From assembly GCA_938086785.1 (NCBI GenBank), contig CALKCM010000003.1:155104-219103 (forward strand): a stretch of 64,000 nt of DNA. The letters run 5' to 3'. How positions within the stretch are numbered: position 1 is the stretch's first letter; every line of letters begins with the position of its first letter. This DNA is from an uncultured Bacteroidia bacterium. GTDB lineage: Bacteria > Bacteroidota > Bacteroidia > NS11-12g > UBA955. Both the position numbers and the translations under genes were made by a program. This document shows positions 18,915 to 27,884 of the stretch, in pieces. The notes beneath the pieces are model-generated. The model was given only the letters and a program-made list of their open reading frames with translations. It was not told the origin of the DNA and did not search any database.

Positions 18915-19783
18915 TGATTCAATTTTAAAATTAATAATGAAACCACCATTAAATTCATGCACAAGGCGCTTAAAAGAATGGCTCTCATGGTGTTTTTATA
19001 ATTGGCTTCTGCTTTATTTTTCAAGCATAAGTATTGCCAATAAATGAAATAACCAATACTAGGCAAAAGGAACGCTAAAGGGTACATCCAAAAAGTGGAG
19101 AATAGTTCTAAACTACTAAAAAAGAGCAGTCCAAGAAATCCAGCAATAAACAATATGCCACTAAAAATAAAGGTGCCTTGCACTCCTAAAACCATGCTTA
19201 GTGTTTTTACTCCATCTCTTTGATCTGTATCATGCTGATATATTTGAGTGAGGGGATAGGCTCCTCCAAAAAGAAGGCTGCTAATTAGTGCCATTTTTAT
19301 ATGATTCTCTTCGAATATATTCCCTCCGATGCTTGAAATAACAGTTAGATATATTAAAGCACCTTGGAACAGAAATACCGTTAAAAATCCCAAAATAGGA
19401 TGCTTTTTTAAGCGTATTTTCCGCCAACTATACACTTTTGACGCTCCTATGTAGACTAATATCAATACAAAAGTACTTTTTGGGCAATACAAGGCGATGA
19501 GTAACAGCCCGACTAAATCAAAAAGAACGGTAGTGTAAAAAAGGTCCTTAGAAGTGGGCAGAGGTGATTTTATTAACCCAATACTGCCTGTGTCCTTATC
19601 TTGATAGCTATTATAGGCATTGCTTGAAGGGTAGATGAATACATGTAAGCTAATAAAAAGTATGATAAGTGCTGGCGTGCTGGCACTTAGCAATGCTTGC
19701 GGTGCAATAAGTACGGCCAGAACAAAAACGGGCATGAGTAAAAACGAAAATGGAAACCTGAGGTGTTGGAGAATACTATGCAT
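18911..19783 (-). CDS. UbiA-family aromatic prenyltransferase (integral membrane)
   Basis: About 8 TM helices. Asp-rich motifs NSYQDKDTG and YQHDTDQRDG sit at the positions typical of UbiA enzymes. The ATG overlaps the upstream stop by 8 nt. Confidence 0.8.
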   Translation of the reverse strand: MHSILQHLRFPFSFLLMPVFVLAVLIAPQALLSASTPALIILFISLHVFIYPSSNAYNSYQDKDTGSIGLIKSPLPTSKDLFYTTVLFDLVGLLLIALYCPKSTFVLILVYIGASKVYSWRKIRLKKHPILGFLTVFLFQGALIYLTVISSIGGNIFEENHIKMALISSLLFGGAYPLTQIYQHDTDQRDGVKTLSMVLGVQGTFIFSGILFIAGFLGLLFFSSLELFSTFWMYPLAFLLPSIGYFIYWQYLCLKNKAEANYKNTMRAILLSALCMNLMVVSLLILKLNH

Positions 19784-20432
19784 CGTGTTTCTTTTTAAAG
19801 TACTTCATCCATTTTCTTCCATCACTTACATAGGTCTTGGAATGGGTTTTAATCCGCCTGTTTTTACCTATTACTTTACCGGTATTGTGATAATGAAAAG
19901 CATCACTATATCTATCTTTTTTTAATAAATGTCCATACTCATTCGCAATCCATTTCATGCCATGCTTTACTGCTGCAGGCCCTCGCAAGTCCTTAATTAG
20001 TATTCCTTCTTGAACAACTTTATAGCCCATGATTTGAAAGGGTCCCCAACTACTGGCTAAATTCTTGATTGCTGATTCATTGGCATCCTTAAGCGTTTCG
20101 ATGGTTACTTTCTCATAATGCGTTCTTTTCCCTGCTTTAAGGTTCATTAACCGACGATAGATATGCTTTTCAAAGCGACTGGGCGAGGGTCTGCGCCCCC
20201 CGCATTCAAGCATGCAAAGAGCCATAAAGTATTCTGGATTTAAACCTAATCGATTCGCTTCCTTATAAATTTCTTTTGAATAATTATCAATAACCTGATT
20301 AGACCCAATGGCATGATTGTTTTTTCTAGGCGGCAGTTTGCTCTCTCTCCAAATTAAAAAGATGCTCAAACTCAATAAAAAAATAAGGAAGAAAAAAATA
20401 ATTGTTCGAATTCGATTATTATTTGATACCAT
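19776..20432 (-). CDS. Membrane-anchored N-acetylmuramidase-family (peptidoglycan hydrolase-like) protein
   Basis: N-terminal TM anchor. MLECGGRRPSPSRFEKHIYRRL and SWGPFQIMGY match the conserved Glu and FQIMG blocks of the N-acetylmuramidase family. First ATG is at 20432. The GTG at 20444 lies inside the predicted -7 box. Confidence 0.6.
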   Translation of the reverse strand: MVSNNNRIRTIIFFFLIFLLSLSIFLIWRESKLPPRKNNHAIGSNQVIDNYSKEIYKEANRLGLNPEYFMALCMLECGGRRPSPSRFEKHIYRRLMNLKAGKRTHYEKVTIETLKDANESAIKNLASSWGPFQIMGYKVVQEGILIKDLRGPAAVKHGMKWIANEYGHLLKKDRYSDAFHYHNTGKVIGKNRRIKTHSKTYVSDGRKWMKYFKKKHDA

Positions 20433-20443
20433 TTGATGCTTCA

Positions 20444-20451
20444 CAAATGTA
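20444..20451 (-). promoter_or_regulatory. Bacteroidota-type -7 promoter box (TACATTTG) for the muramidase-UbiA-PKS-MT-FAD operon
   Basis: Exact TAnnTTTG match on the minus strand, 11 nt upstream of ATG 20432. Confidence 0.5.
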
Positions 20452-20533
20452 AGAACTGAAAGGTTGAAAAAAGCTATTGGTACTTAAAATTATTAATTTG
20501 AAAAATATGACTTTGATGTGCAATCGAGAGATG

Positions 20534-20541
20534 TATATTTG
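20534..20541 (+). promoter_or_regulatory. Bacteroidota-type -7 promoter box (TATATTTG)
   Basis: Exact TAnnTTTG match 7 nt upstream of ATG 20549. Confidence 0.5.
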
Positions 20542-20548
20542 TGACTCA

Positions 20549-21028
20549 ATGAAAAAGAATAAATGGTTAATTATGTTATGTCTAGCGGGGGTATTCGTTT
20601 TTGCGGCATGCAAGAAAGACAAAGTTGAGGATGGATCAAATAATGGTTCAGGCAATGTTACTACAGAGGGCAAGAACAAAATGGAAATTGTTATGATGCA
20701 GAACTGGAGATGGGCTGACGAGTTGGATAGTGCAGAAAACGGAACTGAATGGGTATCTAACATGTTAGACTGCAATAAAGACGATGTTTATACCTTTAAA
20801 GCAGCAGGTGTTGTAACAATTAACGAAGGAATCGATGATTGTGATCCAGGCATAGGCCAAGAATATAATAGCACTTGGAGTATGCAAAATGGTACCAGTA
20901 ATTACATTAAGGTGCATGAAATTCAATGGAAAATTGTATCTCAAACGAATAATGAAATGATTTTTGAAAGAACCTATAATCCAGGTAGTGAGGATCACCT
21001 CATTCGACAATATTGGAAAAAGAATTAA
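20549..21028 (+). CDS. Lipocalin-like domain lipoprotein
   Basis: Lipoprotein signal MKKNKWLIMLCLAGVFVFAAC. The pattern C..DDVYTF...G......C fits the bacterial lipocalin-like domain. Start set at ATG 20549. Confidence 0.6.
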   Translation: MKKNKWLIMLCLAGVFVFAACKKDKVEDGSNNGSGNVTTEGKNKMEIVMMQNWRWADELDSAENGTEWVSNMLDCNKDDVYTFKAAGVVTINEGIDDCDPGIGQEYNSTWSMQNGTSNYIKVHEIQWKIVSQTNNEMIFERTYNPGSEDHLIRQYWKKN

Positions 21029-21047
21029 TTGCTTAAAAGCAATAAGT

Positions 21048-21078
21048 AAAAAGTCGAGCTGCAAGGTTCGACTTTTTT
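21048..21078. terminator. Probable bidirectional terminator between convergent genes
   Basis: AAAAAGTCGA ... TCGACTTTTT inverted repeat (A-tract, hairpin, T-tract), with only 5 G/C-containing core pairs. Confidence 0.45.
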
Positions 21079-21081
21079 ATG

Positions 21082-21942
21082 TTACATACTTTTAGCTCTT
21101 TTGCCAAAAAACACAATCATTAGCCCGCCGGTTCCAAACATAATTAAACTATAAATAGCTGGGGCAATGGCAAAGGTTGTATTGCTTAAAAGGACGGTAG
21201 CAATCATGATGGCCATAGTGCCATTTTGAATCCCTGATTCAATCGAAATAGAAACGGCTTGTTTTGGAGCCAAATTTAGAAGTTTGGAAGAAAAGTAACC
21301 TAAAGCCATGGTAACAACATTAAGAGCAAGAGTAATTGCACCTGCTTGCTTGAAATATGGAATTATATTTGCTTTTTCTTTCAAAATAATTCCTGCAATA
21401 ACCAATATTAAAACAACACCAGATGCGGTACGTACTGGTTTAGCCATATTAATGGCAAATTCTGGCCTCTTCGCTTTAATGATCATACCTATGCATATTG
21501 GAATAAGAACTATTGCAAAGATTTGTGCAATTGTTTGAGCAATGGGTAATTGAATTATTTGGCCGACCTTAATAAACTGTGTTAATGCAAAGTTTACAAT
21601 TAGAGGAATGGTAATTATAGTGATCAAGCTACTTATGGCTGTAAGAGAAACAGAAAGAGCGGTATCTCCTTTTGCTAAATGAGCGATGAGGTTAGATGTT
21701 GGACCACCCGGACAGGCGGCCAGTATCATTACACCAATGGCTATTTCTGGGGTTGTAGGATATATGCTAAGTAGAAAATATGCGATAATGGGTAGGAGTA
21801 TTATTTGGTTTGCCAAGCCCAGAATAATGGCTTTGGGATGTTTGAGAATTCGTGTAAAATCGTTTTTTACAAGAGATAAACCCATGCCCAACATGATAAT
21901 AAAAAGAGCTATGGCGAGTATTACAGTGGATGAACTATTCAT
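21082..21942 (-). CDS. Bile acid:sodium symporter (BASS) family transporter
   Basis: About 9-10 TM helices. The N-terminal MLGMGLSL..DF..ILKHPKA pattern is typical of the family. Confidence 0.8.
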   Translation of the reverse strand: MNSSSTVILAIALFIIMLGMGLSLVKNDFTRILKHPKAIILGLANQIILLPIIAYFLLSIYPTTPEIAIGVMILAACPGGPTSNLIAHLAKGDTALSVSLTAISSLITIITIPLIVNFALTQFIKVGQIIQLPIAQTIAQIFAIVLIPICIGMIIKAKRPEFAINMAKPVRTASGVVLILVIAGIILKEKANIIPYFKQAGAITLALNVVTMALGYFSSKLLNLAPKQAVSISIESGIQNGTMAIMIATVLLSNTTFAIAPAIYSLIMFGTGGLMIVFFGKRAKSM

Positions 21943-21952
21943 TTGATGCGCT

Positions 21953-21960
21953 CAAAGTTA
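21953..21960 (-). promoter_or_regulatory. -7 promoter box (TAACTTTG)
   Basis: Exact TAnnTTTG match on the minus strand, 10 nt upstream of ATG 21942. Confidence 0.4.
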
Positions 21961-22030
21961 AGCAAAGTATTGAGGTATTAAGAGATGAGAGACTAAACCC
22001 TGGAGAGTCTAGTTAATTAGTGCGATATCA

Positions 22031-23689
22031 TTAGGTGGAATGCAGCAGGTTCTTCGCTGCTTCTTGGGCAGCTGCATCTGGATTTCTTCCTTGCATCATT
22101 TCGGCTAAAATTTGAATTCGTTGTGCTTCTGTCTGTTCTTTTATGCGGCTGCTGCTTGAATCTGCCGTTGAGAATTTGGACACGTGGTAATGATGAACGC
22201 CCTTACTTGCGACTTGAGGTAAGTGAGTGATGGCAATCACTTGATGCTTTTCTCCTATTTCTTCCATAAGAATGCCCATGCGTTGAGCTACTTCTCCACT
22301 CACTCCTGTATCGGCCTCATCAAAAATTAATGTAGGCAATTGAACCTTGTGCGCGAGTATGCTTTTGATACAAAAAAACACGCGGCTTAACTCACCTCCA
22401 GATGCTGATTTTTCAATAGATCCTGCCGCTCTGCCGGCATTGGCGCTAAACATGAACTGTGCAATGTCTCCTCCATTTGAGTTTAAATTATCTGCATCAA
22501 AATCCAACTCAATGCTAAATATAGCATCCTTTATTTCCAAACGTTTTAGCTCAATTTGAACCAAGTGCGACAGTTTCTCAGCAGCTTTTTCTCGAGCTGT
22601 ATGAAGTGTTGTAGCCATCTTAATACAATCTTCCTTGGCATGCAACATTTCAGATTGTGCCTCTTGTATTAACCGATCAATATTTTGCGAATTGAAACTC
22701 TTTTCCTCTAGTTCATCTTTTACTTGAACCAATGCTTCAATGCTTTTTATATTATGCTTTCTAAATAAGGACTGTATCTGAGTAAATCGTTCGTTTAAAC
22801 GGCTTAATTCCTCTGGATTTGCCTCCGTCTCATCAGCTGTTTTCTGCAGTAAATCTGAAATATCTCTTAATTCAATAAGATTGCTATCCAATCTTTCCAA
22901 GGCTTCTTTTAAGGATGCATTCATGGAAGTGAAATTTCGAAGTTCAGCTTTTATTTCAGATATTTTTGATAGGATAGATTGCTCATTTCCATCAAGACTA
23001 AATGCCGATTGTCCAGCTATATTTGAAATCTCTTCGGCATTGCCTAAAGTATCAATTTTTTCTTCAATGTCTTTATCTGACAATACATCAGGATTAAGTT
23101 CAATTAATTCTTGAAGTAAAAAATCAGTATAGTCTTGTTCTTTAGATAAGGAGGATTTTTGTTGTTCTAATTGGTCCAATTTTCGTCTTGTTTCCTTTAG
23201 AAAGGAAAAGGCTTTTTGATAGTTGTTTAATTGCTCTTCATTTTGGCCATAATCATCTACAATACCTAATTTGCTTGCGGATGATTTAAAATCATAGGTG
23301 CTGTTTTGGGTGTGTATTTCAATGAGATATCCCCCCAATTGAGAAAGTACAGAAAGGGTAGTAGGGGTATCATTTACAAAAGCTCTACTCTTTCCTTCAG
23401 CCGTAATTTCTCTACGAATGCGCAATAACTTTTCGAAGTCTAAATTGTGTTCTTCAAAAAATGATTCCAAGCCTAAGGCATCAATATTGTATTCAGCTTC
23501 TATAATAGCCTTACCATTCTTCCCAACAGATTTGGGATCTGCTCTATGTCCTAAGGTTAAGCCCAAGGCATCAAGCATAATTGTTTTACCAGCACCAGTT
23601 TCGCCGGTAATTATATTCAAACCCGAACCAGGTTCAAATTTGGTTTCTTCAATAAGTGTAAAGTTCTTTATGTATAAGGAGGCAAGCAT
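22031..23689 (-). CDS. recN: DNA repair protein RecN
   Basis: SMC-like protein with an N-terminal Walker A (ITGETGAGKT), a long coiled coil, and C-terminal signature and Walker B (SGGELSR, LIFDEADTG). It directly abuts the pfkA stop. Confidence 0.93.
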   Translation of the reverse strand: MLASLYIKNFTLIEETKFEPGSGLNIITGETGAGKTIMLDALGLTLGHRADPKSVGKNGKAIIEAEYNIDALGLESFFEEHNLDFEKLLRIRREITAEGKSRAFVNDTPTTLSVLSQLGGYLIEIHTQNSTYDFKSSASKLGIVDDYGQNEEQLNNYQKAFSFLKETRRKLDQLEQQKSSLSKEQDYTDFLLQELIELNPDVLSDKDIEEKIDTLGNAEEISNIAGQSAFSLDGNEQSILSKISEIKAELRNFTSMNASLKEALERLDSNLIELRDISDLLQKTADETEANPEELSRLNERFTQIQSLFRKHNIKSIEALVQVKDELEEKSFNSQNIDRLIQEAQSEMLHAKEDCIKMATTLHTAREKAAEKLSHLVQIELKRLEIKDAIFSIELDFDADNLNSNGGDIAQFMFSANAGRAAGSIEKSASGGELSRVFFCIKSILAHKVQLPTLIFDEADTGVSGEVAQRMGILMEEIGEKHQVIAITHLPQVASKGVHHYHVSKFSTADSSSSRIKEQTEAQRIQILAEMMQGRNPDAAAQEAAKNLLHST

Positions 23690-24658
23690 TTACTTACCCA
23701 AGATAGCGTTCATTTCCCACAGTTTATTGTTAATATCCTTTTTGTCAAAAATGGCCTTTTCGAAAGGAGTAAACTCTACTTCTTGGTTCACAATACCTAC
23801 GGCATGATTGGAAAATCCTTCTGTAATACCCTTTACAGCATGAGTTCCAAGTCTCGAAGCAAGTATTCTATCTTCACTGGTGGGACTTCCTCCTCGCTGT
23901 ACGTGTCCTAGAACAGTAACTCTACAATCTGCATCGGGGTGTAATGCCTTAAATCGCTCTGCAATTTCATAGGCATTGCCTTCGGTTTCTCCCTCAGCTA
24001 CTATGTATATACTAAACTCTTTCTGGCGAGTTCTTTTAACATATTTTTCAATGATAGTCTCAAATTCATTATCTCTCTCGGGAAGAAATATTCCCTCGGC
24101 ACCTCCAGCTATTCCTGCATGCAATGCGATGTGCCCACTATGTCTTCCCATCACTTCAACAAAAAATACTCTATGGTGACTATCAGCAGTGTCTCTAATT
24201 TTATCTATTGCATCTACCGCGGTGTTAATACTTGTATGAAACCCAATGGTATAATCCGTACCTGACAAGTCATTGTCTATGGTTCCTGGACATCCTAAAA
24301 TAGGTATGCCATGTTCTCTATTCAGATGCATTGCACCAGTATATGTTCCGTTTCCACCAATAACAATGAGCCCTTCGATGCCATGCTTTTTTAAATTCTC
24401 AAATGCTTTTTTTCTTCCTGCTTTTTCCATGAAGTCTGAGCAGCGAGCTGTTTTTAAAATAGTTCCACCGTATTGAATAATGTTGGCCACATCCTTGGAT
24501 TCAAGGAGATGAATTTCATCATCAATCATGCCTTGATACCCATTTCTTATACCAAACACTTCAAGTTTATAATGAACTCCTGCTCTTACAACTGCACGTA
24601 TGCAAGCATTCATTCCTGGGGAGTCCCCACCTGAAGTCATTATTCCAATTCTTTTCAT
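23690..24658 (-). CDS. pfkA: ATP-dependent 6-phosphofructokinase
   Basis: MKRIGIMTSGGDSPGMNA, GGNGTY, PGTIDND and MGRHSG motifs. Start set at the ATG giving MKRIG. Confidence 0.95.
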   Translation of the reverse strand: MKRIGIMTSGGDSPGMNACIRAVVRAGVHYKLEVFGIRNGYQGMIDDEIHLLESKDVANIIQYGGTILKTARCSDFMEKAGRKKAFENLKKHGIEGLIVIGGNGTYTGAMHLNREHGIPILGCPGTIDNDLSGTDYTIGFHTSINTAVDAIDKIRDTADSHHRVFFVEVMGRHSGHIALHAGIAGGAEGIFLPERDNEFETIIEKYVKRTRQKEFSIYIVAEGETEGNAYEIAERFKALHPDADCRVTVLGHVQRGGSPTSEDRILASRLGTHAVKGITEGFSNHAVGIVNQEVEFTPFEKAIFDKKDINNKLWEMNAILGK

Positions 24659-24844
24659 TTTATATATGCAAAAAAAGAACATATAACCGATATTAAAAAC
24701 TATCCAACGAACAAATCAGATGGGATTACTGCACATGATGTAGATTAATATTTCAAATTACACTATTGGTGCTGTTAATTTACCTTGTTTAAGGTAGATA
24801 TCAAAAGTATACAAAATACAAAATGATAAAAGTGAAGCAAGTAT

Positions 24845-24852
24845 TACCTTTG
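24845..24852 (+). promoter_or_regulatory. -7 promoter box (TACCTTTG) for rnpB
   Basis: Exact TAnnTTTG match ending 3 nt before the 5' strand of helix P1. Confidence 0.5.
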
Positions 24853-24855
24853 CAG

Positions 24856-25242
24856 AGGCAGTTCAGTTCATCGCTTGCGCAAGCAAGAGGAAAGTCTGGG
24901 CAACGCAGGGCACCATGCTTCTTAACGGGAAGGCGTTTTGTGGCAACACAAATCGACAGATAGTATCGCAGAAAGGTAAACCGCCAAACCATTTTGGTTA
25001 GGTAAGGGTGAAAAAGAGGTGTAAGAGACCCCTCGTTCGCGACGTGAGTTGCAAATTGAGAGAAACCTCATGGGTTGAAAAACCAAATAAACCGAGGGCA
25101 ATGACGGCTCGTTAGTGGAAACCTTAAAAGGTGGAAGTCTCGGAGGGTAGGTTGATGGATTCTAAAAGTGATTTTAGAACTAGATAAATGATGAACATCT
25201 CAATGTGAATTGAGTTACAGAACCCGGCTTATGGACTGCCTT
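24856..25242 (+). ncRNA. rnpB: RNase P RNA, bacterial type A
   Basis: Universal P4 strands are present: AGAGGAAAGTCTGGGC (5') and ACAGAACCCGGCTTA (3'). Terminal P1 pairing is AGGCAGTTC / GGACTGCCT, followed by a T-run. No credible protein coding. Confidence 0.92.
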
Positions 25243-25338
25243 TTTAAATGTTAGTAGCGCTTCTGGAAATTGTGTAAAACTTTAATTGGACATTTGCTTG
25301 AAAAACAAAGCATGTAATTATTAATATTGCATTTAAGA

Positions 25339-25971
25339 ATGGCTAAACACATCGCAATCGCAGGTAATATAGGAGCAGGTAAAACAACACTTGCTAAATT
25401 ACTTTCTACTCATTTTGATTGGGAGGTTCAACTGGAGGATATGAACGATAACCCTTACATCTCTGACTTTTACGAGGATATGCAACGGTGGAGTTTTAAC
25501 TTACAAGTTTATTTTCTAACTCAGCGATGGAATGGGATTAAGGCTATTAGGAAAGGCAAAAGAACTGTAGTGCAAGACCGAAGCATTTATGAAGATGCAC
25601 ATATTTTTGCGCCAAATCTCCATGCTATGGGCTTAATGAGTACGCGTGATTTTGAAAACTACACGGATCTTTTCGATTCGATTAGTGAGCAAGTTCAACA
25701 ACCCGATTTGCTTATTTATTTAAGAACAGGTATTCCTAAACTCGTTAATCAAATTCAAATGAGAGGCAGAGATTATGAGGATGCCATCCGTTTAGATTAT
25801 CTTAAACGATTGAATGAACGTTATGAAGCTTGGATTAATACCTATGAGGGCGAACTCCTTATTTTTAATACGGATGATCTAGAATTTGCAGATAATCCCG
25901 ATGATCAAAATAAAATTATCTCGCAGATTGACAGCGTAATGAACGGTCTGTTTAGTAAGAAAAAGGCATAA
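25339..25971 (+). CDS. Deoxynucleoside kinase
   Basis: IAIAGNIGAGKTT P-loop, plus DRS and the ERY..W pattern of the dNK family. First ATG is at 25339. Confidence 0.88.
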   Translation: MAKHIAIAGNIGAGKTTLAKLLSTHFDWEVQLEDMNDNPYISDFYEDMQRWSFNLQVYFLTQRWNGIKAIRKGKRTVVQDRSIYEDAHIFAPNLHAMGLMSTRDFENYTDLFDSISEQVQQPDLLIYLRTGIPKLVNQIQMRGRDYEDAIRLDYLKRLNERYEAWINTYEGELLIFNTDDLEFADNPDDQNKIISQIDSVMNGLFSKKKA

Positions 25972-25981
25972 ACCTTTTTAC

Positions 25982-26389
25982 TTATTTCCAAGAAAAGTTT
26001 ACTTCCTGAATAATTTCAGGGTGCAGCGATCGTCCCACTGGGCAAGTTTTAGCTACGCGTTCAATAATGGTTTTTAATGAGGCATCAGCTGCGGGTATCT
26101 CTATCTCAATATTTACCTCAATCTTTGCGATTCGCCTAGGTTTCGATTCCATGATTTTGGTAGTTTCCGCCTTGCATGATTTTAAGTCAAATGCATTTCT
26201 TTGGGCATATATACCAATGGTGGTAATGATACAGTTGGTTAGTGAAAGAGCGCATAAATCCGTAGGAGAGAAGTTCGCACCTTTTCCGTAATTGTCAGTA
26301 GGAGCATCCGTTATGACAACAGAACCGCTTTGGATATGAATGTTTTCAGTTCTAAGTTCTTGTAAATAGGTAGTTTTAGCTGTAGCCAT
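25982..26389 (-). CDS. OsmC-family peroxiredoxin-like protein
   Basis: Size and two conserved Cys contexts (PTDLCALSLTNC and AKTCPV) fit OsmC/Ohr. ATG 26389 overlaps the DUF2147 stop as TAATG. Confidence 0.75.
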   Translation of the reverse strand: MATAKTTYLQELRTENIHIQSGSVVITDAPTDNYGKGANFSPTDLCALSLTNCIITTIGIYAQRNAFDLKSCKAETTKIMESKPRRIAKIEVNIEIEIPAADASLKTIIERVAKTCPVGRSLHPEIIQEVNFSWK

Positions 26390-26844
26390 TATTGTTTGGT
26401 CCAAACGGTTGTTTTTCCGATAAGCGAGATTCCTATATAGCCTCTTACTTTAATTGCTTTATCCCCTTTCTTGGTGATAGTACAGCTATAAGTCTTTCCT
26501 GTTTTTGGATCATAAATAGTACCTCCAGACCAATCTTTATCGCTTGCGTCGTAGCTAAACCCTTTCAATATTTGCATACCCATAATAGGCGCTTTTCTTT
26601 TCGCTTTATCCGGATTTTCATCATCCATCTTAGGCTTTCCATTTCTGTTGGGCTCTTTAAGCCAAACAATTTTACCATAATATTTTTTATTCTTAGCTTT
26701 AAAAATGCGAACTTTTGCAGTCCCTTCTTCGTTTAACCAAGTGGCAACGATATCTGTAGGTTTATTTTGACTTGTTTGAATGACAGAAAACAGGAATCCA
26801 GGAATTAAAACGGCAAGAAGTATGCTTAATTTTTTCTTATTCAT
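26389..26844 (-). CDS. DUF2147 domain-containing secreted protein
   Basis: Signal peptide. TWLNEEGTAKVRIFKAKNKKYYGKIVWLKEP ... GGTIYDPKTGKTY ... VRGYIG matches the DUF2147 pattern. Confidence 0.75.
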   Translation of the reverse strand: MNKKKLSILLAVLIPGFLFSVIQTSQNKPTDIVATWLNEEGTAKVRIFKAKNKKYYGKIVWLKEPNRNGKPKMDDENPDKAKRKAPIMGMQILKGFSYDASDKDWSGGTIYDPKTGKTYSCTITKKGDKAIKVRGYIGISLIGKTTVWTKQ

Positions 26845-26859
26845 GCCTCAAAAGTACAA

Positions 26860-27729
26860 TCAGCGATCCATAAAATCCAAGATGAGTTTCTTAACTCTTT
26901 CTTCACTGTTCCATAATATTGGATGTCCCTGGCCTGGAAAATCAATGCAGGTCAATTCTTTCGCTTTAATGAAGGTGTTTTTTGAGTAGTTTACATTGCT
27001 GTAATAAACGAGCTGATCTGCTGTTCCATGAAGGATCAATAAAGTTCCATTATACGTTTTAATTAGAGGCGCTATCGATTGTAAGGCTTGTTTGTGAGAT
27101 AGTTTCTCTATGCTTGGTAGATAGAGTAAAGTTGGGAATGCCCATTTCCAGCCAGGCTTAACAATTGTTTTAGAAATTCCATACACTTTTTCTTCTCCTG
27201 GAGCCATTGCACTGGCTACTAAAATCACTTTTTTTGCTTTTCCATGGCTTATTACCGCCATAGTTGCGGCAATTGGACCACCATAAGAGTTTCCTAAGAT
27301 TGTGAACTCTCTATGCTGCAACCAAGGCTTTAGGGCTTGAAGTATGACTTTAGATTGGTTTAATACACTGGTGTCTGCTTGACCCCAATTGCTATAGCCA
27401 TATCCTGGTCTGTCGCAGAGAACAATACAATATTTATTGGTAAATGTGGTATCCTTTATGTAAGCGTCATAATCCATGTTAGAGCCCGGAGAGCCATGAA
27501 TCATAAGAAAGTAGGGCAGTGTAGTATCACCCACACGAATGGCCCGTATGGTATTTGAATTTACGGAAAAGTACCTTACCTGAGCTCGTATGTTATTTTT
27601 GCTATAAAATCGCCTGAGTTGTTTGTCAGTTCTCGTAAGCCTACTTGCTTTTTGATTAACACAGCCATTGCATATTTGTAGGATGAGGTAAAAGATAAAG
27701 GAGATTAAACTCAGCTTTGTTAACTTCAT
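26860..27729 (-). CDS. Alpha/beta hydrolase (secreted or lipoprotein)
   Basis: GNSYGG nucleophile elbow, HG oxyanion region (IHGSPG) and a C-terminal GHP. ATG 27729 gives signal peptide MKLTKLSLISFIFYLILQIC and sits 6 nt downstream of a -7 box. Confidence 0.8.
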   Translation of the reverse strand: MKLTKLSLISFIFYLILQICNGCVNQKASRLTRTDKQLRRFYSKNNIRAQVRYFSVNSNTIRAIRVGDTTLPYFLMIHGSPGSNMDYDAYIKDTTFTNKYCIVLCDRPGYGYSNWGQADTSVLNQSKVILQALKPWLQHREFTILGNSYGGPIAATMAVISHGKAKKVILVASAMAPGEEKVYGISKTIVKPGWKWAFPTLLYLPSIEKLSHKQALQSIAPLIKTYNGTLLILHGTADQLVYYSNVNYSKNTFIKAKELTCIDFPGQGHPILWNSEERVKKLILDFMDR

Positions 27730-27735
27730 CACGAG

Positions 27736-27743
27736 CAAAAATA
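27736..27743 (-). promoter_or_regulatory. -7 promoter box (TATTTTTG)
   Basis: Exact TAnnTTTG match 6 nt upstream of ATG 27729. It lies inside the longer ORF, which argues against the 27771 start. Confidence 0.45.
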
Positions 27744-27884
27744 GCTTAAATCGGCAGGCTGTTGACAACATAAATTGTTAATTTTATCTCATCGTTGGAT
27801 AAAAAGCATAATTAATGAACATCTTTTTAAAGGTATCGTGTATATATAAAAGGAATCCCCCATTTTTGCATAAGAATAGATTTC

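Noticed and set aside
20419-20775. 118-aa minus-strand ORF spanning the divergent promoter region and the 5' part of the lipoprotein gene.
   Set aside because: It runs through two predicted -7 boxes and overlaps a plus-strand ORF with a textbook lipoprotein signal. Its composition is low-complexity and it has no recognisable motif.
24801-24992. 63-aa minus-strand ORF.
   Set aside because: It lies antisense across the 5' half of the RNase P RNA gene, including the P4 strand. The RNA gene explains the conservation-like GC rise.
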